A stretch of DNA of 64,000 bases, taken from contig OZ244587.1 of the NCBI GenBank assembly GCA_965218095.1, forward strand, positions 5,312,001-5,376,000, given 5' to 3'. The DNA is from Candidatus Poribacteria bacterium. GTDB taxonomy: Bacteria; Poribacteria; WGA-4E; PCPOR2b. The notes under the pieces were generated by a model. It worked only from the letters and a program-made list of their open reading frames with translations. It did no database searches and was not told the DNA's origin. A program made the translations under genes and the position numbers. Shown piece after piece: positions 9,575 to 17,714 of this stretch (the first letter of the stretch is position 1; each line of letters opens with the position of its first letter).

Positions 9575-10798
9575 TTACGATTCCCTCTCTTCTTGCAGGG
9601 ACTTGGCCGCAAAAATTGTTAAGCGTAATTCTTCGCCAAATAGTTCGTATACAGGGATTTTACCGCTCAGTCTTTCACTTTCGTTCAAAATGATACCAAC
9701 CCCTTCCCCCCGACGTTCTAAAAAGTGTCGCCGCACTACCTGTGCACCCATATCATCGTTGAGTGTCGTTTCCGAAAGTAGGCGAGCTAGGAGTTCGTTA
9801 CGGGGCGCTTGGTTGTAGCGCAAATCGTCCACCGTTAAGGTGTTTGCCAATGCACCCGGCGAATACAGTTCTAGCCGGTCAGTGAACATAAACAGACGAA
9901 TCTTCGATCCGGCTTTTGAATAATCTCTATGTACAACTGCATTAACCACTGCCTCAAAAACGGCTCTCATGCTGTATTGTGATCGTTCTATTCTGCCAAT
10001 TTCCTTGCGGGCCGATACTTGGTTGTATCTTTCAACAAATTTGAAGGCCTCCACAATCTGTTGGTCCAGCGGTCCCCTAAAATCCTTAGCATCAATCTGG
10101 TAGTTCGTATCCCTTTCCACGCCATTATAGAAAACAGCTTGAATGAAACTGTTATAGAGATAATCGTCGGGTTTATCATGACACATCAACAAACCGGCTA
10201 CCGAGGCGCGGTACTCCTCGCCTTCTTTGACTAGCAAACGTCTTTTAAGTAGCAGGTCTTCTATCTTCTCACGATCAGTCGCTCTTGCTGTAATAAATCG
10301 TTGATACAGCGTTTCCTTTAATGTGTCTTTGTGAGTGTTCGGCACGAACTGCTCATCAAAAGAGATTCTACGTGCCTGCGAGCGGCTTTGTAATAACCGC
10401 CCCAACTGCTCGGTGGTCATCTCTCTTTTGCTGCTGCCTTGGCGGATGAAATAACCGTTAGATGTTTTGTGAACAAACGGGCTCCGAGGCACCTCGATTT
10501 TTAACAGATTTTTATCATCAATCCGCAGTTTTTCTGTAACAATGTGAACCATGGAGTCAATGTTGTCCCGACATATCTCAAGCACTGTTTTCTCTGTCCT
10601 GTCCAAATCTCGGCGGTTCATGCCGACAATTTTGTTATGGTCGTCAACACCGATCAGTATTGCCCCACCGCTGGCGTTGGCAAAAGCAGCGATTTCATCG
10701 GCGAGACTCTCTCTGTGAGGTAACTCTCTTTTGAATTCAATCGTTGAGTCTTCTCCCAGATATATTTTTTCAGTGAGTTCTGTCAAACTGTCAAACAT
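9575..10798 (-). CDS. AlbA_2 (Schlafen-like) DNA-binding domain plus RecG C-terminal/HATPase_c_4 protein
   Basis: GEDSTIEFK, EIAAFANASGGAILIGVDD, EAVVNAVVHRDY, RLELYSPG, ERRGEG. Confidence 0.88.
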   Translation of the reverse strand: MFDSLTELTEKIYLGEDSTIEFKRELPHRESLADEIAAFANASGGAILIGVDDHNKIVGMNRRDLDRTEKTVLEICRDNIDSMVHIVTEKLRIDDKNLLKIEVPRSPFVHKTSNGYFIRQGSSKREMTTEQLGRLLQSRSQARRISFDEQFVPNTHKDTLKETLYQRFITARATDREKIEDLLLKRRLLVKEGEEYRASVAGLLMCHDKPDDYLYNSFIQAVFYNGVERDTNYQIDAKDFRGPLDQQIVEAFKFVERYNQVSARKEIGRIERSQYSMRAVFEAVVNAVVHRDYSKAGSKIRLFMFTDRLELYSPGALANTLTVDDLRYNQAPRNELLARLLSETTLNDDMGAQVVRRHFLERRGEGVGIILNESERLSGKIPVYELFGEELRLTIFAAKSLQEERES

Positions 10799-10824
10799 TG
10801 CTAATCCCCCAATCAATATATTAC

Positions 10825-10882
10825 TGTCTGCATCGTGGATTGTCGCAGACTAACGGAGGACACGGATTCAAAGGTAGTCAAT
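10825..10882. repeat. 58-bp junction repeat, copy A
   Basis: 52/58 identical to 14570-14627; the minus strand starts with codons IDYL*. Confidence 0.85.
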
Positions 10883-10918
10883 CAACTCAGAGAATGGAAT
10901 AGCTAGATGCCTTCCCAC

Positions 10919-11548
10919 TCAGTTCTGAGAGGGATCGGAAACTGATTGTGCGCTGCGGATGCGGTCTAATGTTCGCTTTAGACTTAGAGATGCAACAGCA
11001 GCACGTTCTAAATCCCAATGGGTTCGTACAAATTCGCTGAAACGACTGTTATATTCGGGACCTACTCTTGCGGTCGCTGCTCGTGGTCCCGGCACTAGCT
11101 GGTCTCGCAATCTTCTCTTGTTACTCCTTCGTGCAAGCGAGACCAGAAATTCTTTGGGATTGTCTATAACGTCTGTGTTGGACGGAATCCGATTTACGGG
11201 TATTGATAGAAATCCTGCGAGGGCACTCCGATCTGCCATAATCCAAGATTCGACTTCCATGACCGCAACGCGAAAGAAAAAACCAGGATTTAGGGAGCCT
11301 TTAACCCAAGATTCAATCAGGTTCGGAGGACAATTTTTGGAGGAGTCTAAATCTGTCAACATGAATACGTAAGGCGGTCCCTTGGCTGATCGGTTGAGTT
11401 CGATGGCTCTCCTTTGAAGGTAAGAATTCCCTTGATATGTATTTGGGATTCTTTGCACAATTTCGATACCAAAATGCTTTAGAATTTTAGTCGAAACTGC
11501 ATTGCTTAGTGCATCCTCAACTGCAAGGATTACGCTGTTTAGGCTCAT
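10919..11548 (-). CDS. DUF4276/TOPRIM-like protein, partner of the ABC ATPase
   Basis: LAVED, LTDLD, AVMEVESW; start overlaps the ATPase stop (TAATG). Confidence 0.75.
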   Translation of the reverse strand: MSLNSVILAVEDALSNAVSTKILKHFGIEIVQRIPNTYQGNSYLQRRAIELNRSAKGPPYVFMLTDLDSSKNCPPNLIESWVKGSLNPGFFFRVAVMEVESWIMADRSALAGFLSIPVNRIPSNTDVIDNPKEFLVSLARRSNKRRLRDQLVPGPRAATARVGPEYNSRFSEFVRTHWDLERAAVASLSLKRTLDRIRSAQSVSDPSQN

Positions 11549-12699
11549 TATAGGAAACTCAACTGTTCAGCATTTTCGGGTTTGGCTCTTGAAAGCACGG
11601 CTTCACTGACTGTCAATCCAGCCTCAAGGAGTGTTCGCACTTCATCAATATCGGAGGCTATTTTGACTGCGGTTCCCTCTTTTGCAGGTGTGAGCAAAAG
11701 CACCTCCCTCCCATCAATGCCGGCTTCTGTCAGCAGGGCATCGCTATGTGTACTAACGAAGACCTGTCGCCGCCGTCTTCTTTGCATCTTAGAAATAAGG
11801 GCCGCGAGCTGTGATACAATTCCCGCGTTTAATGAAAGTTCGGGCTCCTCCAATAAGAGGACGGACTCACTTTCGAGCAGTGCCCATAATAGCCCCAGAA
11901 GACGCAGCGTCCCGTCAGAAAATTGATCTTCGCGTTGCCGACCTGCATTCGGACGCCAGTGGGAATACAGTGCCTGTAAATGGGGGCGGCCGGTGGTTTC
12001 GTCGCGAATAAATTCCAAACCCTCAAGTTGAGGCACAGCAATTTTGAGGGCTTGTTCGATTCTTTTTAAGCGTGAACGGCGGGTTTTTTCCGGGACACTA
12101 GCGACCCTTTCAAGGAACCCTTGCCCAAACGGATCATCTTCAACGATTCTTCCCTGAATTGAATCGGCAAACCGTAAGAGTTGAGGAACCAGATGCAGGT
12201 ATGTGATGGTTTGGAGGAAACGCACTATTTCCCGAAAATCGGCATTAACATTAATCTGCTCAAGAAAGGTCTGGGTGAGTCGATCTCGATCCGCTTCATC
12301 TTCCGCATTTGGTCTACTAAGGAGTTGTTCACCATTTTTCCATACACGTTCATAAGTGAGATAGGTCCGGCGGTATCCACGCGTTTCTTGGCGAAATCCG
12401 AGTCCATATTTCCAAGTTGCAGGAGAGTCTGAATCGTCGGCAAGGTGAATTTCAATTGTAACTTCTGGATCGCGCCGCGCTGCCAAACTACGGATTTTAG
12501 AAACTCCGCCTCGGTCTTTGACCGCTTTCTGAAAGCCCCCTCCCTCTGCTTTTACGATATCTCGAAGAAAACGAAAGATATCGAGGAGGTTGGATTTGCC
12601 GGACGCATTCACGCCTATGATAAACTGGCGTTCGCTAAGACGCACATCAATCTGTTGAAAATTACGCCAGTTTTTCGCGATGAGGTGATTGATAATCAT
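11548..12699 (-). CDS. AAA_21/AbiEii-type ABC ATPase
   Basis: NWRNF, Walker A GVNASGKS, signature FSDGT, Walker B LLLEEPE, STHS. Confidence 0.9.
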   Translation of the reverse strand: MIINHLIAKNWRNFQQIDVRLSERQFIIGVNASGKSNLLDIFRFLRDIVKAEGGGFQKAVKDRGGVSKIRSLAARRDPEVTIEIHLADDSDSPATWKYGLGFRQETRGYRRTYLTYERVWKNGEQLLSRPNAEDEADRDRLTQTFLEQINVNADFREIVRFLQTITYLHLVPQLLRFADSIQGRIVEDDPFGQGFLERVASVPEKTRRSRLKRIEQALKIAVPQLEGLEFIRDETTGRPHLQALYSHWRPNAGRQREDQFSDGTLRLLGLLWALLESESVLLLEEPELSLNAGIVSQLAALISKMQRRRRRQVFVSTHSDALLTEAGIDGREVLLLTPAKEGTAVKIASDIDEVRTLLEAGLTVSEAVLSRAKPENAEQLSFL

Positions 12700-12780
12700 A
12701 ACAGTAACTCCCGATAAGTTTGATAATCAAATTCTGGTTCTGCTGTAGTGTATTTCCTTAGGGGCAAGGCGCCCGCGCCC

Positions 12781-12924
12781 GTAGGGAACAGCGATCCTCC
12801 GGTTCCGGTTCTGTTGGTTTCAGTGACTGAAACCAACAGAACCGTGAATCCACGATTCCGTAAGGATTGTTCCAATCCAACGGAATCGGGATCTGTGACC
12901 GAGAGTCCGAGAGTTGTTCCCTAC
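12781..12924. repeat. 144-bp GTAG-ended structured element with two internal hairpins
   Basis: Ends GTAGGGAACA/TGTTCCCTAC; perfect 19-bp inverted repeat 12806-12824/12826-12844; second stem ~12853-12888. Confidence 0.8.
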
Positions 12925-12939
12925 TGAAGTGCCTAAATC

Positions 12940-13872
12940 CTATCTAGGATTCCATTCGGCGTTATGTTCAGTGCTGAGTGTGGCTGCATCCGAATCGGTG
13001 TCTAAATCCACCCCATCGCCGTTCTTTAATAGCGAACGGGTTTTGTCGTGGAACTCTGGATTTTCCTTTCCCCGGATGTCATAACCCCAAATTCTGTTGT
13101 TGACGGCGTTATCTATAATGCTGTTGATGTAGGCATAGTCCAGATTGGTTCGCCGCTGAATCTCCTCTAGTTCCATACCGTTTTGGTACATACCGAGTAC
13201 CTCGTGCTTGACTTTTTCACGCGCCATCTTCTCTTTCATTTCATCTTCAGTGACGCCGGTTTCTGCCGTTATTTCATTAAAGCCTTTGCCTTCTCGTAAC
13301 ATATCGTGTGCTTTGTCTTGGTTTGTTATCTTGTCCAAGAGTTGCATTATTTTCGCATGGTCATTAGATTGTGCTTCGGTTTCGGTCTCCACTTCGGTAT
13401 CCTCGTCTGGGTCATTTTGCTCGACTGGCAGGGGTGGTGCTTTGACGCTCCTGACAGCTTGATTGAGAGTGAGCAATGCTTTCGGAACAAGTGAGATTCG
13501 CTCTTTTGGGCTAAGGGATGAAATTGTAGATTCCAGACTGTCATACGCGGCGTTCAATGCGCTCACTGCCTTAGATGCCAGTTGTCGGTGATGCTTCTCC
13601 AGCTCCCGCAGGTAATTCGCCTGCATTAGCCTGAATTGCTTATCCCACTTTCCGGCGTTGTAACAGCTATCGTTAGGGTTGACGGTGCAGATTGCCTCCT
13701 TTGCCCATCGATGGTCGGCTTTTGGATCGCCGGTTGTTCGCTCTGGGTATCGCTCGACAAGAGCGTCAGCGACTTCGGTGGTGCTATGATCGTGAGCAAA
13801 TAGAGAAAGCCATTCTGCTAGTTCGGATTGGGTCTGGTGGTATGGGTTTTTGTATTTTCGTTTTTGTGTCAT
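12940..13872 (-). CDS. Hypothetical 310-aa protein with two HTH-like segments
   Basis: Long ORF with AAGG RBS; AHDMLREGKGFNEITAETGVT and VLGMYQNGMELEEIQRRTNLD; acidic linker. Confidence 0.7.
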   Translation of the reverse strand: MTQKRKYKNPYHQTQSELAEWLSLFAHDHSTTEVADALVERYPERTTGDPKADHRWAKEAICTVNPNDSCYNAGKWDKQFRLMQANYLRELEKHHRQLASKAVSALNAAYDSLESTISSLSPKERISLVPKALLTLNQAVRSVKAPPLPVEQNDPDEDTEVETETEAQSNDHAKIMQLLDKITNQDKAHDMLREGKGFNEITAETGVTEDEMKEKMAREKVKHEVLGMYQNGMELEEIQRRTNLDYAYINSIIDNAVNNRIWGYDIRGKENPEFHDKTRSLLKNGDGVDLDTDSDAATLSTEHNAEWNPR

Positions 13873-14060
13873 TTTCTAACCTTTTTGGTGATTTCGACGG
13901 AGTGTTTAGGTGATTAGTTGTTTCGACAGGATTAAGGATTCAAATGGACGCTGATAAACGCAGATGAACACAGATTTCTTTCGTTTTTCTATTTTTATCT
14001 GTGACAATCAGCGAAATCTGCGTCTGCATCTACTTTTAGAACTGAAGCGCGTAAGTCCTA

Positions 14061-14474
14061 TTACATTTGGATTATGACAAATACGCCGATGATGAAGGCA
14101 ATCTCTACCATATAGAAAATAACAAGGGTGAGAGAAAAGATAGCGGAGGGCCAGCTACATTTGGGTTTATTTTTGTGCTTCATAGGATTCATCTCGAAAT
14201 CGGTATCGGATTGAACTCTGATTTCGCCGTATACTTGTCGAAACAACCTCTCCTGTTGGAGAAAGTATCCGTCCAGAATCCAAAACCCCAGGGCGGGAAG
14301 AATAAGCACCAAGACAAAATGTGAGTTTTGCATGTCCGGTTTGGCGATCAAAACCATCGCTGCGACAATGAGGATCATGCTCCAGCTTTTGACCCAGAAA
14401 CTGTTGCTCCCCAAACGGTTAATAACGGCTTGGGTCATTTTCAAATGCTCTACGACCTTTTCTGTGCCATTCAT
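14061..14474 (-). CDS. Small multi-TM membrane protein of a type often found in defence loci
   Basis: HLKMTQAVINRLGSNSFWVKSWS...FWILDGYFLQQERLFR; three hydrophobic segments. Confidence 0.75.
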   Translation of the reverse strand: MNGTEKVVEHLKMTQAVINRLGSNSFWVKSWSMILIVAAMVLIAKPDMQNSHFVLVLILPALGFWILDGYFLQQERLFRQVYGEIRVQSDTDFEMNPMKHKNKPKCSWPSAIFSLTLVIFYMVEIAFIIGVFVIIQM

Positions 14475-14569
14475 GGATTTATCCCTCAGCACGAAATCTT
14501 GAAATTTGGTGGTGTCATTTAAGGTTAATTTTCTTTCGAGGACTTGCTCTACAATGGCGATTTCCTCAT

Positions 14570-14627
14570 TGTCTGAATCGCGGATTGTTGCAGATTAACG
14601 GATGACACGGATTCAAAGATAGTCAAT
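14570..14627. repeat. 58-bp junction repeat, copy B
   Basis: 52/58 identical to 10825-10882. Confidence 0.85.
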
Positions 14628-14702
14628 GACCGCTTTCAGTTTTTCTGCCGAGAGTTGTTCAATTAACATAACCGCTTGCTGTTGTAGGTCTGCTTTTCGC
14701 AT
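14613..14702 (-). pseudogene. Truncated small antitoxin-like gene MRKADLQQQAVMLIEQLSAEKLKAVIDYL* (scar copy 2)
   Basis: Upstream purine-rich RBS; 29 codons ending inside the 58-bp repeat; antitoxin identity is inference. Confidence 0.55.
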
Positions 14703-14809
14703 GGTAATCCCTTATTCTCCTCTCAGGCTTTGTGGGGCGGAGATTCGTCTCCCGCAATCAAGATAGAAACGGGCGAATCAGGGCGCCTCTGCCACAAAAT
14801 ACCTTATTT

Positions 14810-15574
14810 TCATTTCGGGTAATCCCGTATCCGTAAATCTGCTGGCCATTCGGACATCTCATCACCTTTTCTTCCCCGGCTCCGCTTACGCGCCCAATCT
14901 GTGCCCATCTGCTTGACAAACAGGGCGACCGAGGCATCGAGGCACTGATCCCGAATATCAACAACCCACTCTTCCTCCATCGGTCTAGCATCTGTCCCTG
15001 ATTCCCCGCCAACGATTACCCAATCTATACCATCTAATCTGAGATTACCGAGTCGCCCAAGTAACGGCTCCAATGAAAGGAACTTAATTTGTGCCGCGGT
15101 CCCTCGTAGACAATCAATCCTGAAGGTATAGTCTACGCTTTCCACACTTACCCCCATCCAGATATTCGGCGGCCAAACCAATTGAGGACTCAATTCTGCA
15201 AGGCGTTCCGCACGTTTGGTTAGGACTTGAAATTGGTGCCAGTCAGCCCGTTTCATAACATCAAAGACCTTTTGGATGTACTCAAACGGCACACCTTCAT
15301 GGAACAAATCGCTCATGGAGTTAACGAAAATCAACCGAGGTCTTTTCCATTTTAAGGGTTGGTCCAAAAGGTGTGGTACACGTTGAATGCGGTTGGTCCA
15401 ACGGGGCCCAGCTTTCGTCATTTTGGCGAGCCCCTCGTATGCTAAGCCCTCGCGAGCAAATCGGGAGGCGATACGTTCGGCGTAGCAGAAGCGACAGCCT
15501 TCGGAGACACGGGTGCAGCCACGTACCGGATTCCATGTTGATTCTGTCCACTCGATCTTTGTTTGGGTAACCAT
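14810..15574 (-). CDS. DUF5131 (phage Gp37/Gp68) protein with Cx6Cx2C motif
   Basis: TKIEWTESTWNPVRGCTRVSEGCRFCYA, FVNSMSDLFH, LTKR, SLEPLL, WVIVGGESG. Confidence 0.93.
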   Translation of the reverse strand: MVTQTKIEWTESTWNPVRGCTRVSEGCRFCYAERIASRFAREGLAYEGLAKMTKAGPRWTNRIQRVPHLLDQPLKWKRPRLIFVNSMSDLFHEGVPFEYIQKVFDVMKRADWHQFQVLTKRAERLAELSPQLVWPPNIWMGVSVESVDYTFRIDCLRGTAAQIKFLSLEPLLGRLGNLRLDGIDWVIVGGESGTDARPMEEEWVVDIRDQCLDASVALFVKQMGTDWARKRSRGRKGDEMSEWPADLRIRDYPK

Positions 15575-15580
15575 TTTTGC

Positions 15581-16450
15581 CTACCTTCTCAAGATGTGTT
15601 CTGCAATTCCTACAGCGGTTGAAGCACCCCTCGGGTTTCCCGCTGCAAAACAGAGCAAGTATAATGGAATATTGCGGCTATTGTATAATCGCAGCGGATT
15701 TTTTGCAACTTCCGTAAATACCGAATCTAAACGCTCAATAAAATAGTGTTCAATAGCATCCCAATTATCGACTTTTTGTTGACTTGGAAGATTTTCAAAA
15801 AGTGAAGGTGTTTCACTCTCTTTGTAAAATTCATTGAACCAATCCTTAGTTCCAAAAAACTGGTCAAGTATATTTCGTATACCCTCGTCAATTTGGCCAT
15901 CTCTCCGCAAAAGCCGATTCACAGCGACTCCGAGCGGAAAAAGTAGCCACAAGTCAATTGCTTTGGTATTGGCAATTGCTTCGATCGTTTGCCACTTAAC
16001 TTCCATTCCATAAGGATCTAGGAACAAAACAGCTCTCCGTCTCGAAGATAGCCAATTATAACTACACAAATTTTGAACGTGTGTGTTCCCATCAGCCCTA
16101 ACAAGCTCAATACGGTCACGCAGATGCGGGAAGTCATCCTTTAATTTTTCGAGCTTGGAAAAACGATCTTTGTCTTTCTCAATAAATATGTACGTGTCAA
16201 ACTGAGGCTCCACTTTAAGCGCGACTCGTGCAGAGCCATCAAGAAACTCCAACATTTCAGGGAACATCAACTCTGAAGAATTTTCACTCTCTTTGAGTGT
16301 CCTATACCCCGCTCCGGCAAACGCATCAATATAGGCAAAGCGGAATGGTTGTTTATTCATTATGGTTGCGTAAGCAGAAAGATACTTGCGCACACGCTCT
16401 AGCTTTTCTTCTGTCCAATTGCCACCAAATTGTATTTTCTTCATTTTCAT
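15581..16450 (-). CDS. tcmP: Three-Cys-motif partner protein (TcmP family, SAM-binding-like fold)
   Basis: WTEEKL..YL, YIDAFAGAG, GSAR, FIEKD, FLDPYG; directly upstream of DUF5131; AGGAG RBS. Confidence 0.85.
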   Translation of the reverse strand: MKMKKIQFGGNWTEEKLERVRKYLSAYATIMNKQPFRFAYIDAFAGAGYRTLKESENSSELMFPEMLEFLDGSARVALKVEPQFDTYIFIEKDKDRFSKLEKLKDDFPHLRDRIELVRADGNTHVQNLCSYNWLSSRRRAVLFLDPYGMEVKWQTIEAIANTKAIDLWLLFPLGVAVNRLLRRDGQIDEGIRNILDQFFGTKDWFNEFYKESETPSLFENLPSQQKVDNWDAIEHYFIERLDSVFTEVAKNPLRLYNSRNIPLYLLCFAAGNPRGASTAVGIAEHILRR

Positions 16451-16459
16451 GCTCCTGTT

Positions 16460-16488
16460 ATTATATATTAACACATGTTAAGTTACAA
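16460..16488 (-). promoter_or_regulatory. sigma70-type promoter for tcmP with a palindrome in the spacer
   Basis: TTGTAA-N17-TATAAT on the minus strand; TTAACA-N2-TGTTAA at 16468-16481. Confidence 0.6.
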
Positions 16489-16544
16489 GTGATAGTTGAG
16501 GTTTTTTATCGCGTGATTGGTGTTTCAGTCGGTGTCATTTAAGT

Positions 16545-17649
16545 GAGGGGTGCTCATAAGTCCCCTTATCGAAAGAGTGTAATCAGATGTGTTACATTTC
16601 TCAGGGGTCTTCCCCAAATAGAATTGACTAACATAGCCAGTTGCAGTAAAACCACCCCCAGCATCAAAAAGGTAGAGACATTCGCTTTTCGACTCACCGG
16701 CAATTGCTTATGATTGGTATGGGTCGATAGTAATTGGCTCAACAATCCAAAGATAGGTTCAATAGCAACCTTGCGCTTGTGTTGATAGGTCTGCAACTGC
16801 GCCGATTGATTCACCGCTTCAACATAACGCCGTGCCCGCTGACTCTTTGCGCCTCTGACGGGAGTGATTAGCAACAGTCCCTGGTTCGCCAAGTGTTGGG
16901 TACGTTTCAAGTCGGTATAGCCGGCATCAGCGACTAAATACCCGATGTTCTGTTCAAGCAGTGTGTCGAGTTGTCGGTCAAGGACGGCTTTTTCACTCAC
17001 ACACGCGGTGTCAATGGCACTCATACGAGGCAATCCCTCTATAGAGACGGTCAGATGAAGCCCATAGCCGTAAACCCAACCGTGATAGTGACTCTTTGAC
17101 CAACTGGCGTCTGTGTCAATGGCACGGATGCCAGTTGGGATGCGATTGGCATTTCTATCCTTCTGATGCCAGACGCTTCCTTTTGCCTTAAACAGACTTT
17201 TGTCTTGGTAAACCACCTCTGGAGGTGAGTCAGGTATCAAAGTCATTCCCACATCACCGAGATACCCGATGAACGCCTCTAGCTGGTAAGCGAGTTGTTT
17301 GTAGCGTCGGCAAAGGGTTGCCCGAGACGGAACACATGCCAGTTTAAGACGACACAGCCACTGCGGGTGTAGCTTGAGCCATCTGTGTTGTGCCTTAAAG
17401 CGATGGAGGCCTTTGAGCGTTAAGATGGCAAAAAGGACAATCAAGCAGTCGTCTGTATACGATTTCGGACGTCCATGGCTCTCAGGTGGCGGTGCATGGC
17501 TGGAAGCGTTGAAATGGTCAAGTTGTTCAAACAAAAATGTGATATAATACGTACTGTCAGGATAACCCATGTTATAATCCTCTCTTTCTTGCACGTTAGA
17601 TTAGATTATAACCGTTATCCTGACTCAAGTCTACTTATGAGCACCCCTC
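16545..17649 (-). mobile_element. 1105-bp DDE IS (IS4/IS5/IS982-like), copy 1
   Basis: 17-bp IRs GAGGGGTGCTCATAAGT; 8-bp target duplication ATTTAAGT (16537-16544, 17650-17657). Confidence 0.95.
16566..17594 (-). CDS. DDE transposase (DDE_Tnp_1-like)
   Basis: GRPK, DTDASW..GWVYGYGLHL, VADAGY, RKVAIEPIFG. Confidence 0.92.
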   Translation of the reverse strand: MQEREDYNMGYPDSTYYITFLFEQLDHFNASSHAPPPESHGRPKSYTDDCLIVLFAILTLKGLHRFKAQHRWLKLHPQWLCRLKLACVPSRATLCRRYKQLAYQLEAFIGYLGDVGMTLIPDSPPEVVYQDKSLFKAKGSVWHQKDRNANRIPTGIRAIDTDASWSKSHYHGWVYGYGLHLTVSIEGLPRMSAIDTACVSEKAVLDRQLDTLLEQNIGYLVADAGYTDLKRTQHLANQGLLLITPVRGAKSQRARRYVEAVNQSAQLQTYQHKRKVAIEPIFGLLSQLLSTHTNHKQLPVSRKANVSTFLMLGVVLLQLAMLVNSIWGRPLRNVTHLITLFR

Positions 17650-17657
17650 ATTTAAGT

Positions 17658-17714
17658 GAGAGTTGTTCAATTAACGTTACCGCTTGCTATTGTAGGTCTG
17701 TTTTTGGCATGGTA
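17658..17714 (-). repeat. Gene-start scar copy 3 (MPKTDLQ*QAVTLIEQLS)
   Basis: 52/57 identical to 14650-14706; overlaps the 3' end of the HEPN-like gene. Confidence 0.85.

Noticed and set aside
12909-12919. Fourth copy of the gene-start scar (GAGAGTTGTTC)
   Set aside because: Only 11 bp, and explained by the terminal stem of the GTAG element.
9099-12924. Retron (NDT effector plus structured RNA)
   Set aside because: No reverse transcriptase in the window, and the hairpin element is 3 kb from the NDT with REP-type ends.
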